A stretch of 29,824 bases of DNA from a virus (taxonomy: Duplodnaviria > Caudoviricetes): positions 1 to 29,824 of IMG/VR virus record IMGVR_UViG_3300010236_000011; one strand, written 5' to 3'. The translations under genes were made by a program, and so were the position numbers. The notes under the pieces are model-generated. The model saw nothing but the letters and a program-made list of their open reading frames with translations. It ran no database searches and had not been told where the DNA came from. Of the stretch, positions 1 to 8,625 are shown one piece after another (position 1 is the stretch's first letter; the number at the start of each line of letters is the position of its first letter).

Positions 1-161
1 TCGCTGAATTTTAGCGCCACGCCGGGTTCCCCGCCCTCGGCTTGCCCGATTAAAGCTACCCCGAAGCCACCCGCTGGATTCGGATTGACCAACGCCGAGT
101 CATCTACCCGGCTGGCCACGGTGGGAGCTACCAAAAACTGTCCACCGAAAAAAACCGGCAT
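1..161 (-). CDS. Tail sheath protein, N-terminus (truncated by window edge)
   Basis: Read manually: MPVFFGGQFLVAPTVASRVDDSALVNPNPAGGFGVALIGQAEGGEPGVALKFS. The 'LIGxAEGGEP' motif is typical of Twort/K-like sheath N-termini; RBS AAGGAGG upstream. Confidence 0.8.
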   Translation of the reverse strand, partial: MPVFFGGQFLVAPTVASRVDDSALVNPNPAGGFGVALIGQAEGGEPGVALKFS

Positions 162-200
162 AAGTGTTTCCTCCTTTCCTACTGCGTAACATTATTCCCA

Positions 201-210
201 AAGGTAACAC
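201..210 (-). promoter_or_regulatory. Putative late promoter element GTGTTACCTT (extended -10-like) upstream of sheath
   Basis: 9/10 identical to GTGTTATCTT at 24129-24138 upstream of terS; both copies are intergenic. Confidence 0.4.
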
Positions 211-221
211 AGGGGTTATAG

Positions 222-440
222 TTAATTCATGGACTTGTTTCGGAACCTCTCAAACGCTTTGGCATAACTAGTAGCAGTGTCCCGGATTCGCCCTTCCTTC
301 TGCATCATGTAGACGAAACCGCCCATCAACTCGATGGGAGACTTAAAAGTATTGGCAAACTCGGAGAGGCTGATAATAGGTTCTTTCTCTGTCACGATTT
401 CTGTTGCTACGTGTTTCTCTTCTATCTGTTCTTTTGCCAT
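222..440 (-). CDS. Small hypothetical virion-module protein
   Basis: 72-aa ORF with GGAGGTG RBS, between tail terminator and sheath. Confidence 0.7.
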   Translation of the reverse strand: MAKEQIEEKHVATEIVTEKEPIISLSEFANTFKSPIELMGGFVYMMQKEGRIRDTATSYAKAFERFRNKSMN

Positions 441-458
441 CGGGAATCACCTCCACTC

Positions 459-1067
459 TTACGCGCCGTTCATGCTGACTGCGGTATCCAATGCCACTTC
501 GACGTTCTGGACAATATAAGTGGTCAGGTAACGACAGTTCAATGTAACCGCCCGCAGAAAAACAAAATCCGGAATATACTGGGGGGCAGGCTCAAAATCT
601 CCACCAGCCAACACCTGTTCATACAACCCCTGGTCCGTCAGGTAGCCTCTCTTTTCAAGCAGCGCCTGCTTGGCTATAGCCTGCAGGTAGATTGTCAGAT
701 CGGCATTGCCGGCCCATGCTGTTACCCGGTAACTCCCCGTAAACCAGGTGCCCTCCAGACTCTCAACGGCAACTGGGGTTTCGCCTTCATCAAGCAGCAA
801 TTCTTCGTCGAGTTCGCTGCCGATGGGGTCATCTATTTCCTGTTCTCCCGCCTGAGCAATAGTTAGGCACGGCATTTGACCCGGTTCGCGTGGCCACCCT
901 AGAAGCACCGGGACGGGCTTTGCAGTGGCAAAAAACCGCTTCGCGTCATTAAGGTTTTCCGCCGGCAATCCGGAAAAGATATCATCCAACAGTGCGGTAT
1001 TGGCCTTAATTTCGTTCAGCTTTTGCTCTATTACGTCCTTAATGGTGAGTTCCGGTATAGGCATCAC
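459..1067 (-). CDS. Putative tail terminator / neck protein
   Basis: 202-aa ORF just upstream of the sheath; acidic, with a 'GWPR...PCLTI...E' pattern typical of tail-completion proteins. Confidence 0.6.
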   Translation of the reverse strand: MMPIPELTIKDVIEQKLNEIKANTALLDDIFSGLPAENLNDAKRFFATAKPVPVLLGWPREPGQMPCLTIAQAGEQEIDDPIGSELDEELLLDEGETPVAVESLEGTWFTGSYRVTAWAGNADLTIYLQAIAKQALLEKRGYLTDQGLYEQVLAGGDFEPAPQYIPDFVFLRAVTLNCRYLTTYIVQNVEVALDTAVSMNGA

Positions 1068-1079
1068 GGCTTACACCCC

Positions 1080-1451
1080 CTACGGCACCGCGTAAAGCAG
1101 AACCTTTCCAATGGCGCCGCTGGAGAAGGTAGACACATTTACCCGTACAAACTTCGCCCCCAAGGTAAATTCCTTGAATCCTGCTTCGGTCAGCGCCGTA
1201 CCTTGTTCAGCCCAGCCTTCCCCATCCAGGCTGGCTTCGATCTTGATGTTTGCGGAAAAGGTACCGGTAGCCTGTACCGCAAAATGGGCGCGCCCCTGGA
1301 GATCTACCGCTTTGCTGGGCCCTACGGCACTGGCTACATTACTCAGCAAAACGCTCTCCAGGGGTTCGGTATATTTTTTGAATGCTTCCCGTGCCAAGTA
1401 ATCTGCGTGCTTGGCCGGATTTTGCAGGTTGGGTTCGTAATCATTGGACAT
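1080..1451 (-). CDS. Putative virion structural protein (beta-sandwich)
   Basis: 123 aa, beta-rich 'VQATGTFSANIKIEASLDG..W' pattern; AGGTGG RBS; located in the structural operon. Confidence 0.55.
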   Translation of the reverse strand: MSNDYEPNLQNPAKHADYLAREAFKKYTEPLESVLLSNVASAVGPSKAVDLQGRAHFAVQATGTFSANIKIEASLDGEGWAEQGTALTEAGFKEFTLGAKFVRVNVSTFSSGAIGKVLLYAVP

Positions 1452-1464
1452 GACTCAGCACCAC

Positions 1465-1935
1465 CTACGGCTGGTGCATTGCGCAGAAGGGCGATCCCGG
1501 CAAGGCCGCCCTCTTGCACCGCTCACCGTTTTTATTTATCGCCTGGCACCGGCCGTCAGAACTATCGGTAGCCATGCTTTGGGGTTCTTTTTTCTCCGGT
1601 TGAACATTCTTCTCCGGAGATTTATCCTCCGAGGTTTTATCGACATTAACATCTCCGCTGCCGTCTCCATCATCCGCATCCTTGCCCTTATCCGCCGGCG
1701 GAGATGGTGATTCGGACTTGGGAGCGTTTGAGAGAACAATAGTTCCTTCTCCGTCGGGATGTTCAAAATCATAGCCGCCGCCTGGTAGTTGCCGCCGGCA
1801 GGACATGAGGAAGTTGTAGATTTCTTCTTCACCTTCCGCCAATCCCGCTGCATCAAAGTTTACCTTAATCCGGCGATCACTTCCCGGCAGGCAGACGTTA
1901 GTGGACCGGTGCACCCGTGACCGGATCGTACGCAT
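1465..1935 (-). CDS. Hypothetical protein with C-terminal Cys/His zinc-binding motif (DUF5763-like)
   Basis: C-terminal RCQAINKNGERCKRAALPGSPFCAMH after an acidic low-complexity linker; ATG at 1935 follows AGGAGGGTG. Confidence 0.6.
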   Translation of the reverse strand: MRTIRSRVHRSTNVCLPGSDRRIKVNFDAAGLAEGEEEIYNFLMSCRRQLPGGGYDFEHPDGEGTIVLSNAPKSESPSPPADKGKDADDGDGSGDVNVDKTSEDKSPEKNVQPEKKEPQSMATDSSDGRCQAINKNGERCKRAALPGSPFCAMHQP

Positions 1936-1950
1936 TCCGATCACCCTCCT

Positions 1951-3444
1951 TTACTGCAGCCGGCCGACGTTTTTAAAGATCACCTGGCGTTCTGGCGCTT
2001 TGACTACAAGCACATGATACAGCAAGAGCAGAAACTCAATTGTGGTGCTTACGATGGCTAGTGGAAATTTGATCAACGGAGTCATCTGGGCAATCGCTAA
2101 ATCTGCCGGATTACGATCCAGCAAGGCCACATAACCCGTAAAAGGGATCCTCTGATTCTTATCCACGTAAGTGGCATCGCCAGTACCGGGCTGCGGAACA
2201 ACGGCGATAAACCCGGCCTCTTTATAATCGGAGGTTGTGCCGCGGTAAACGCGGTATCCAGTTGCTCCGGTAACACGGGCGATTGTCACAGTGACCTGCT
2301 GGCCGACGGTGACCGTCACGGCTTCGGAATCGGTGGTTAATCCTTCACCGGAGTCGTTGATGGCCGACGCAAAGTAGTAATAGGTACCTGCTGCCATCTT
2401 GGAACTGCCGGCAGGATTTGCGCTGCCTCCTACACCTACTACCGTTGCGGGCGCATCAGGTGCACCGGCATCCGGCCCGCCGTTTTCCGGATCGTCAACG
2501 GCAGTCTTTAAAGGCTTGGAACCGTCTACCTCCTCAAAGAAGACAGAGGGCTCAAAAGGCACGTAGCCGAAGTTGGAAGCATAACCACGCAGCGGTTCGC
2601 CAGAGACAAAGGGCCCTCGGTTAGCCTCGATGCCCAGCATGACGCGCTCGGCCTGGAGCTTCAGTTTGGATAAATCGCTCACTACGAAAGGCGACATGAA
2701 GGCCTGCACATTGCCGGCGAAGTTTCGCAACTTGCCTTCTTGATAGAGCTTGTAACTCGCCTCTTCGACGTACTCGAAGCTGAAGGGCTGCCCCTGGAGG
2801 TCAATGATGTTATCTGGCTTTTGGGTTTCCATCTGGCGGAGAATCCCGTCATAGTTAACCTCATTGCTGCTTTCGTCTGCAATGCGGCCATCGCCGAACA
2901 TCAGCCAGCGCTCGATCTTCTCCAGCAGTTCCAGAGTACCGTTGCGGTTTTCCTCGGCCACCGGATCCACCTGGGTCCCACCTAACTGACCGGTCAAGGT
3001 CATCTGGTGGGTAACCCCACGCCGGACCCCGAGGTACTTATTGTAGACGCCGAACCGCTGGTACTTGCTCACGCCGCCCTGGGGCGTGCCGCCTTCCCGG
3101 AAGCCCGGAGCGCTACGACCGCCGCCGTAAGAACGGCGCCGGTTCCATTCGTAATACGGTTGCGCGGAAGGTACTTTGCTCAGCCAATTGAATAGTACCA
3201 GGTGCTGTTCCTCGAACAGTACCGAGGTCATGGTGGCGTCCAGGTTCTGCAGGTTAATAGGTTGATCGGTCATGGTTCCCGCACCACTCACGAACTGAGT
3301 GGCCAGGGCCTTGGCCAGATCTTCTACAATCTTGTCGGAGGTAAATTGGGGACCGAAATATTCCTTGCCCAATTCCTCGAAGCTTTTAACCAGCCGGCGC
3401 TCTTGAAAAGCACCGGGCGGTACCGCTAAAGCTGCCACTGTCAT
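1951..3444 (-). CDS. Major capsid protein (HK97 fold, Herelleviridae-like, with Ig/FN3-like insertion domain)
   Basis: ~500 aa after protease and scaffold. Motifs LQNLD, 'LLEKIERWLMFGD', 'YDGI', 'IIDLQG', 'QMTPLIKFPLA', 'P..QVIFKNVG'; insertion with 'GTYYYFASAINDSGE...ATGYRVYR'. RBS AAGGAGAGG favours a start at 3444 or GTG 3438 over 3465. Confidence 0.9.
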   Translation of the reverse strand: MTVAALAVPPGAFQERRLVKSFEELGKEYFGPQFTSDKIVEDLAKALATQFVSGAGTMTDQPINLQNLDATMTSVLFEEQHLVLFNWLSKVPSAQPYYEWNRRRSYGGGRSAPGFREGGTPQGGVSKYQRFGVYNKYLGVRRGVTHQMTLTGQLGGTQVDPVAEENRNGTLELLEKIERWLMFGDGRIADESSNEVNYDGILRQMETQKPDNIIDLQGQPFSFEYVEEASYKLYQEGKLRNFAGNVQAFMSPFVVSDLSKLKLQAERVMLGIEANRGPFVSGEPLRGYASNFGYVPFEPSVFFEEVDGSKPLKTAVDDPENGGPDAGAPDAPATVVGVGGSANPAGSSKMAAGTYYYFASAINDSGEGLTTDSEAVTVTVGQQVTVTIARVTGATGYRVYRGTTSDYKEAGFIAVVPQPGTGDATYVDKNQRIPFTGYVALLDRNPADLAIAQMTPLIKFPLAIVSTTIEFLLLLYHVLVVKAPERQVIFKNVGRLQ

Positions 3445-3476
3445 CCTCTCCTTTCTTGTTGCCATTTACTAGTTTA

Positions 3477-4358
3477 CTAGCTCAGATAAGCCTGACGGAC
3501 ATCTGCCGGCAACATCTGTACAATATCCTCTGCCTGGCGGGTATCCAGCAAAGAGAGCCAGCGCGGTTCCAGTTTCCCATCTTCTACGGCCTTCTTCAGG
3601 CCGCCCTGAAGTTGGGATTTAGTGATGGCGCCGCCCGTAGCCGGTTTGCGCCCGCCAAAATTAACGTGTACGCCAGGGGAAGTTGACCGCGCCGGCTGAC
3701 TGGCCCATTCCTCCAGGTTCTTCAGAATGGCTTGCTGGCTCTTCATCATAACCATTACAGCCTGTCCGATGGCGGCCACTTTCTCGTTGATATCCACAAT
3801 GTCGCCATGGACGTTTGCCAGGCTCTTACCCAATACGTCGGTCATGTGGGCCAAGGCGTCGGATGCCTCAACCACTTCCTCAAAGCTTTCATTTTCCAGA
3901 AGGTCTGCATAAAAATCTTCTTGGGTTATGGCCTTGTGTATGGATTCAGCATCCTCATCATCCCCGCGACCGGATTTGTCAATAGTAGCCTTACCCTTGG
4001 CGCCAGGTCCTTTAACGGCACGCTTGGACTTAGGTTCGGGGGGTACATCATCTATGTCTTCAACATCCCCTCCCATGTTGCGTTTCTCGTCTTTGCCCCT
4101 CTCGATACCGGCCTTTTTAGCGGTCTTATCCAGATCTTCGCTGTCTTCGTCTTCGGCGTCGTCGGCATCGTAATCGGGATCGTCGGTCTCATCATCGTCA
4201 ACCAGATCCTTCGGTAGCTTCTTGGCCTTGAAAAGGCTGGTCAGGTTCTCAATGGATTTGGTTAACGAATTAATGATGCCGCCACTCTCATTGCCGTCGC
4301 CCAGTTCGGTTTCCAGTTCCTCCGCAGCCCTGCGGATGGCCTCATCCTGTTTGCTCAT
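3477..4358 (-). CDS. Capsid scaffolding protein
   Basis: Acidic, helical 293-aa ORF between protease and capsid; eight hydrophobic-x-K-[S/A] motifs (LTKS, LFKA, IDKS, IHKA, LGKS, MMKS, ITKS, LKKA). Confidence 0.7.
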   Translation of the reverse strand: MSKQDEAIRRAAEELETELGDGNESGGIINSLTKSIENLTSLFKAKKLPKDLVDDDETDDPDYDADDAEDEDSEDLDKTAKKAGIERGKDEKRNMGGDVEDIDDVPPEPKSKRAVKGPGAKGKATIDKSGRGDDEDAESIHKAITQEDFYADLLENESFEEVVEASDALAHMTDVLGKSLANVHGDIVDINEKVAAIGQAVMVMMKSQQAILKNLEEWASQPARSTSPGVHVNFGGRKPATGGAITKSQLQGGLKKAVEDGKLEPRWLSLLDTRQAEDIVQMLPADVRQAYLS

Positions 4359-4384
4359 GTTATTTCCTCTCCTTTCTTGGGGTC

Positions 4385-5086
4385 TTAAACTCCACAGGTA
4401 GCTATACGCTTGACCACAGCCTTGGCAACTTCAGGATCCATTCCCTTGCACTTCACCAGGTGTTGGATGGCACCGTAACGGCCTTGCTTGTATCTGCCTT
4501 GCTTGTCAAAGCAATCGTTCTGGCAGTCACCCCAGAGGACCGAAGTAATCTGCCCGTCTAGGTTTTGTAGCTTGATCGGTTGCGCACTTTCCGTTGACAT
4601 AGCCTTTCCAAAGAACGATTTCACAAGTTCGGCATAAGTGTAGGTATTGATAGGTTGGTGAGTCAGGGCCAAGTTGCGCACTACAGCTTTCTCAATGCGT
4701 TTACCCTGGCGGGATAATATACCGCCTTCTACTGACCATCCCAAACGGCGTTTGGAATGCGGGCCCGCTTTTTCCATAGCTTCAACCAGGCTCCAAGTCG
4801 CATCGGCCCGGGAATGTCCCTCGTACAGAAAGCCTTTGACCCACAATCCTTGTGGTCTTATCTCTACCTCTAGCGGTTCGCCGATGATATTCTCCGGTCC
4901 AGGTTGGTGGTCCCAGTTGATAAAGCCTTCCTTTTCCAAGGGGTCATATATAAGACCCTTCTGGATCACAATTTCTTTCTGCAGGTCTTCGTCTTCGGTG
5001 GAGGCAATACCTTGCACCAGACGTGCCGGTCCATCACCCTGGCTTTTTTGCAACGGGAACCATAACCGAAAAGGATGCTCCTCCAT
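4385..5086 (-). CDS. Prohead (capsid maturation) protease
   Basis: Motifs 'GIASTEDEDLQKEIV', 'INWDH' (His), 'IIGEP', 'GWSVEG' (Ser), 'ALT..PIN'; canonical position upstream of scaffold and capsid. Confidence 0.88.
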   Translation of the reverse strand: MEEHPFRLWFPLQKSQGDGPARLVQGIASTEDEDLQKEIVIQKGLIYDPLEKEGFINWDHQPGPENIIGEPLEVEIRPQGLWVKGFLYEGHSRADATWSLVEAMEKAGPHSKRRLGWSVEGGILSRQGKRIEKAVVRNLALTHQPINTYTYAELVKSFFGKAMSTESAQPIKLQNLDGQITSVLWGDCQNDCFDKQGRYKQGRYGAIQHLVKCKGMDPEVAKAVVKRIATCGV

Positions 5087-5088
5087 GA

Positions 5089-5475
5089 CTACACCACCCC
5101 GCGCCTGCTCCAGGTATAGGCAACATCCTGCGGCGCAGAACCATTGTTGGTTACCTGGATGGTAAAGCCTGTAGAGGTGAGGCCAGCAGTCAACACTGCT
5201 ACGGCAGCATCAGCTGTGCTGGTGGATACATCAGGAAACTCGGCTAAGCCCAAATCATCATGCGTGATGGCTACATCCACCGATCCACCGATCGCAACGC
5301 CGGTTTCTGTGCCGTTACCGCTATGCGTGACAATCTTCAGGGCGCGGGCCTCTACTGCATCATCATCTAAACCCTTACCTTCCTGAATGTCTTTGATAGC
5401 TTTGCCTAACTTAACTTCTTTGGTAGCTGGGCTCTCGTTGTCGAGTAGCCTTTCTTCTCTGGAGTTTAGACTCAT
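5089..5475 (-). CDS. Putative head decoration/fiber protein
   Basis: N-terminal 'L...SPA...VKLG' pattern and beta-rich C-terminus; strong RBS AAAGGAGG; first gene of the head operon. Confidence 0.55.
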   Translation of the reverse strand: MSLNSREERLLDNESPATKEVKLGKAIKDIQEGKGLDDDAVEARALKIVTHSGNGTETGVAIGGSVDVAITHDDLGLAEFPDVSTSTADAAVAVLTAGLTSTGFTIQVTNNGSAPQDVAYTWSRRGVV

Positions 5476-5494
5476 CGGTTATCCTCCTTTCCAA

Positions 5495-5600
5495 AAAACA
5501 TTTCGCCCGCAATGAGAAAAGCCGACCCTCGGCCGGGGTCACCCCGATCCGATAGCCGGCTTATGCTCCTTCGGTCATTTGACCGAGCCTATGCCGCTAT
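5495..5600 (-). promoter_or_regulatory. Structured leader / terminator-attenuator upstream of head operon
   Basis: Hairpin UCGGUC-AAAU-GACCGA (5571-5586), then a long hairpin AAGCCGGCU..CGGGG-UGA-CCCCG..GGUCGGCUU with a U run (5517-5562). Confidence 0.6.
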
Positions 5601-5606
5601 ACTGAT

Positions 5607-5816
5607 TCAATCAGTTAAATTATGCCTCTCTAACCGCCGCTGCCAACAAAGTTTGCCGCCTGATAACATGAACAAGAATTCTTCTAAGCCTAGCCTTTCT
5701 CCATCCGCTGCCTTACGAATAATTCTCTGCTGTTCCGTTATCTCGGCCACATCGGCAAAAACGGTAATGCCTGATGGCACAACCTTCTCAGTATACCATC
5801 CTAAACCCAATCCCAT
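5607..5816 (-). CDS. Hypothetical protein (moron)
   Basis: ATG at 5816 follows AAAGGGGG; the alternative start at 5888 overlaps the upstream stop. Confidence 0.5.
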   Translation of the reverse strand: MGLGLGWYTEKVVPSGITVFADVAEITEQQRIIRKAADGERLGLEEFLFMLSGGKLCWQRRLERHNLTD

Positions 5817-5884
5817 TCTGCTACCCCCTTTCAACTTAGCACGGAAAAACAAAATTAGCAAATGTATGGCACTAATGTCCCGCT

Positions 5885-6133
5885 TCATTGTCTATCGCAC
5901 TTATGAAGTATAGCTTGTTCTGCCATAGCATAAGCCCTGCGAATCCATTCGGCGTACTCGGCTTGCGTTATTGGATGAGCATCCTGCCATTCTCTACTCT
6001 TTCCAGTTCGTTCGGGAGGTCGAGCAGCACCTAAAATGTTTACCATCTCCTCCACAGTCAGGTTTGCCACCATTTCTCTTCTTAGGGAATTAAATTGATT
6101 CGTTCCGGGTTGTTTAGTCTTAGTCTTTTTCAT
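5885..6133 (-). CDS. Hypothetical protein (moron)
   Basis: 82-aa ORF with AAAAGGAG RBS. Confidence 0.65.
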   Translation of the reverse strand: MKKTKTKQPGTNQFNSLRREMVANLTVEEMVNILGAARPPERTGKSREWQDAHPITQAEYAEWIRRAYAMAEQAILHKCDRQ

Positions 6134-6150
6134 AAATATTGCGCTCCTTT

Positions 6151-6513
6151 TTAGAGCCGCCCATAGTAGTTCAAGAATGCTGACCTCGCGCCTGGTTTAT
6201 CTGCTGGCTGGGTAAATCTGTTGAGAGTTATTGGACGCGTAAGGTCTTCAGCTATTTTTTGCGCCCAGACACCCGATATCTCCCCGCGCTCGAATTGGCA
6301 CCACGGGCAGATAGCTTCCGGAAAACCGTGCTTTTCCCAATGTTCATCGGTTTCCTCGCACTGTGTTTTGGCCTCGGCCACCATAGCAAACCATTCGGCA
6401 GTTGTTATCGGCCGAAATGCTGGCTGCTTGAAATGACAGGACAAGCGTGCGAGATCGTAGGAACTTACCCTCTGCTCACGGTGAAAGAGACGGCGTAGGA
6501 ACTTAAGGAACAT
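6151..6513 (-). CDS. Hypothetical protein (moron), CxxC motif
   Basis: 120-aa ORF with GGAGGG RBS; 'H....ICPWC'. Confidence 0.6.
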   Translation of the reverse strand: MFLKFLRRLFHREQRVSSYDLARLSCHFKQPAFRPITTAEWFAMVAEAKTQCEETDEHWEKHGFPEAICPWCQFERGEISGVWAQKIAEDLTRPITLNRFTQPADKPGARSAFLNYYGRL

Positions 6514-6516
6514 GTG

Positions 6517-6768
6517 CTATCCCTCCATTTCCCCTAAGAGTTCACGAAGATCGTCACGGAAAATAACTTTTATATCAGCGCAATCAATGACTTCAAGGTG
6601 AACCAACTCGCTAGGGGACATTGAAGCATATTCTAAGGGTATAGACCCACTTACCGCCAAACTAGTTATCTTACGGGCAATAGCCAGCTTAAGAGCGTGG
6701 AGATTTTGTTCCGTTAAAGGTTCTCCTATGTATTGCCTGCGAACCGACTCAAACATTTGCTCAAGCAT
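6517..6768 (-). CDS. Hypothetical protein (moron)
   Basis: ATG at 6768 preceded by AGGAGG; 83 aa. Confidence 0.65.
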   Translation of the reverse strand: MLEQMFESVRRQYIGEPLTEQNLHALKLAIARKITSLAVSGSIPLEYASMSPSELVHLEVIDCADIKVIFRDDLRELLGEMEG

Positions 6769-6796
6769 AAATATCCTCCTTGGGCTCTTAAATCGC

Positions 6797-7027
6797 TTAC
6801 ACTCTACTCCAAGTAACATCTTCTGGGTCGAAATGGTCACATGACTTAACACCTGGCCGGCATTCGGCATGACAGAAAGGGCAGAAATAGATTTCTTTCT
6901 GCTCCATACCCGCCCGCAGAAGCCTGGTTATAGCTTCGTTACGACTAATCCCAAGGCGGGTAGCCTCGGTTTCCACATTCGCCAATATATCGGCAGGTAG
7001 ATCTATACTGATCCTTGGCTTTCGCAT
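6797..7027 (-). CDS. Ribbon-helix-helix (CopG/Arc-like) regulator with C-terminal Cys motif
   Basis: 'RISIDLPADILANVETEATRLGISRNEAITRLL' is a classic RHH pattern; followed by CPFC...C..H. Confidence 0.8.
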   Translation of the reverse strand: MRKPRISIDLPADILANVETEATRLGISRNEAITRLLRAGMEQKEIYFCPFCHAECRPGVKSCDHFDPEDVTWSRV

Positions 7028-7278
7028 TGTGCTTTTTGCTCCCTTTTCTTTTTAATAGATTCCAGGGTTGCCAGGATTATTTCGTCTTGTTCTGGTGTCG
7101 TGGTTGCTGGCATCGGGTGTTCTCTGTTATACCGATTCCTAGCTATTCGCTTCTGGATATCTGCAAGTGCCATAGCCTTCATTGTCTCAAACTTTCGTTC
7201 TTCCAACACGGCGTGCATTTTAATTATTACCACAGTTATCGCTACCATTATCCCGATTGCTATCGCTGCTACCTCCAT
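7003..7278 (-). CDS. Small membrane-anchored protein (moron)
   Basis: N-terminal hydrophobic helix 'VAAIAIGIMVAITVVII'; AGGAGG RBS. Confidence 0.7.
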   Translation of the reverse strand: MEVAAIAIGIMVAITVVIIKMHAVLEERKFETMKAMALADIQKRIARNRYNREHPMPATTTPEQDEIILATLESIKKKREQKAQCESQGSV

Positions 7279-7333
7279 TTTATCACGCCTCCTTTCTGCC
7301 TGAATAGGTTCCGGTAGTCCTTAAAACATTGTT

Positions 7334-7636
7334 TTAATCTTCTTCCCTTAATCCAACCCCGCACAACTTGGCCAATTCACAGTTTGTTTTGCTACTGCGT
7401 ATTCTATCCCAGAGATTCACTATATCGGCAGCACAAGCACCCGTCATTGTTCTGCTATATACCCAAGCCAGGGAAGAAGCCGTATCCCGGTGTGCGTGGC
7501 AACTTAAACGGAGCATCTCGGCCTGCTTACTGTCTCCCACATCATCGGCCTTGCGGGCTTTTCTCAAAAAGTCGTCAGCATACTCCAGTGCCTTGATGCC
7601 TTCTCTTTGCAATTCCTCCAATACCTTTTCTAGCAT
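7334..7636 (-). CDS. Hypothetical protein, first gene of moron
   Basis: 100-aa helical ORF with GGGAGG RBS downstream of a sigma-A promoter. Confidence 0.7.
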   Translation of the reverse strand: MLEKVLEELQREGIKALEYADDFLRKARKADDVGDSKQAEMLRLSCHAHRDTASSLAWVYSRTMTGACAADIVNLWDRIRSSKTNCELAKLCGVGLREED

Positions 7637-7678
7637 TTACCTTGCCTCCCTTGGTTTTTTATACAACCCTCTAAGGAA

Positions 7679-7708
7679 ATGATAGCATAGGGGCAGCTAT
7701 GATGTCAA
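7679..7708 (-). promoter_or_regulatory. Sigma-A-type promoter driving moron
   Basis: TTGACA (7708-7703), 18-bp spacer, TATCAT (7684-7679), with TG extended -10. Confidence 0.75.
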
Positions 7709-7714
7709 CTATCC

Positions 7715-7748
7715 AAAATAAAAACCTTGGCATTCAGACAGGCCAAGG
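7715..7748 (-). terminator. Rho-independent terminator after neck genes
   Basis: CCTTGGC-loop-GCCAAGG followed by TTTTTATTTT on the minus strand. Confidence 0.7.
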
Positions 7749-7764
7749 CCATAAACATCGGATG

Positions 7765-8625
7765 CTATTGGGCGCCTATATCTTTCGACGCCGCCGTAGT
7801 CAGATTATCTTCGACCTCTCTACGCACATAGTTCGCTACGGCGTCAACTACTGGGTTCGGAGGCTGGCCAGGGTGGATCCAAGAACTTGGATCGCTTTGA
7901 TCACTCACCGCCCGAAAGGTCAAGTAAATGCTTTGCTTGCGCTGTTCATACGCTTTCTGTATCCGCACCATTCCTGCAAACGGGCTGGACTTCCAGGCAT
8001 AGGTATCTGCCATAGGATTTTCTTTGCCCCGGCGTTCCGCCTCGGCAGCGGTATAGAAGGGGTTCTTAACGGCTCCCGGATACTCGCCGGCCGCAAGCTC
8101 CAATCTGGATCCCCACTGCACCTTTCCACCTGACTCTGTTTGCTTTGAAGGCGTAAAGTTTGCGGCGGTCACAGCCTGGGCAATTGAGACGGGCATAACG
8201 GGAAAGTGACGGTTATGGTACTGCTCATTCGGCAACAGGTATCTGAAGGGTACGATATTGTATCGCACGCCTTTTTTAGTTTGGCGAGCTTTCGGCCCTT
8301 TTAATAGTCCTGGCTTCATGTCAAAGCTGGCGTAGCCTTCCTCAATCATCATGGCCCGGGCATAAGTGCTAATTACCGCACCGGTAAAGGCGTCGCCATT
8401 AAACGGATATTGTAAGGCATCAGGGGTGGTCAAGCTTGCGTAATAGCCGTCAGAGAATACCGGCTTAGTCATCCCTGGCAGCAACATACCATACACCGCA
8501 GCCTGCCACACTGCTTGGACACGGCGGGTCTCGACGGCAATTTGAGTCTTCAGGTTAGACCAGCTCGTATCTATATTGTCCGCCGCCTTAACCAACTCGG
8601 AGATATCCACAATCAGTCCAAACAA
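7765..8625 (-). CDS. Neck / tail-completion protein (Twort-like)
   Basis: Motifs 'FDMKPGLL', 'YNIVPFR', 'YLTFRAVSDQSDPSSWIHPG' seen in SPO1/Twort-like neck proteins; TTG start with GGAGGT RBS. Confidence 0.7.
   Translation of the reverse strand: MFGLIVDISELVKAADNIDTSWSNLKTQIAVETRRVQAVWQAAVYGMLLPGMTKPVFSDGYYASLTTPDALQYPFNGDAFTGAVISTYARAMMIEEGYASFDMKPGLLKGPKARQTKKGVRYNIVPFRYLLPNEQYHNRHFPVMPVSIAQAVTAANFTPSKQTESGGKVQWGSRLELAAGEYPGAVKNPFYTAAEAERRGKENPMADTYAWKSSPFAGMVRIQKAYEQRKQSIYLTFRAVSDQSDPSSWIHPGQPPNPVVDAVANYVRREVEDNLTTAASKDIGAQ

Noticed and set aside
2150-2500. Ig/FN3-like insertion in the capsid protein as a novelty
   Set aside because: Such an insertion domain is expected in this capsid lineage
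3465-3480. 8-bp tandem TTTACTAG-TTTACTAG between scaffold and capsid
   Set aside because: Too short and found at a single locus; could be a slippage duplication
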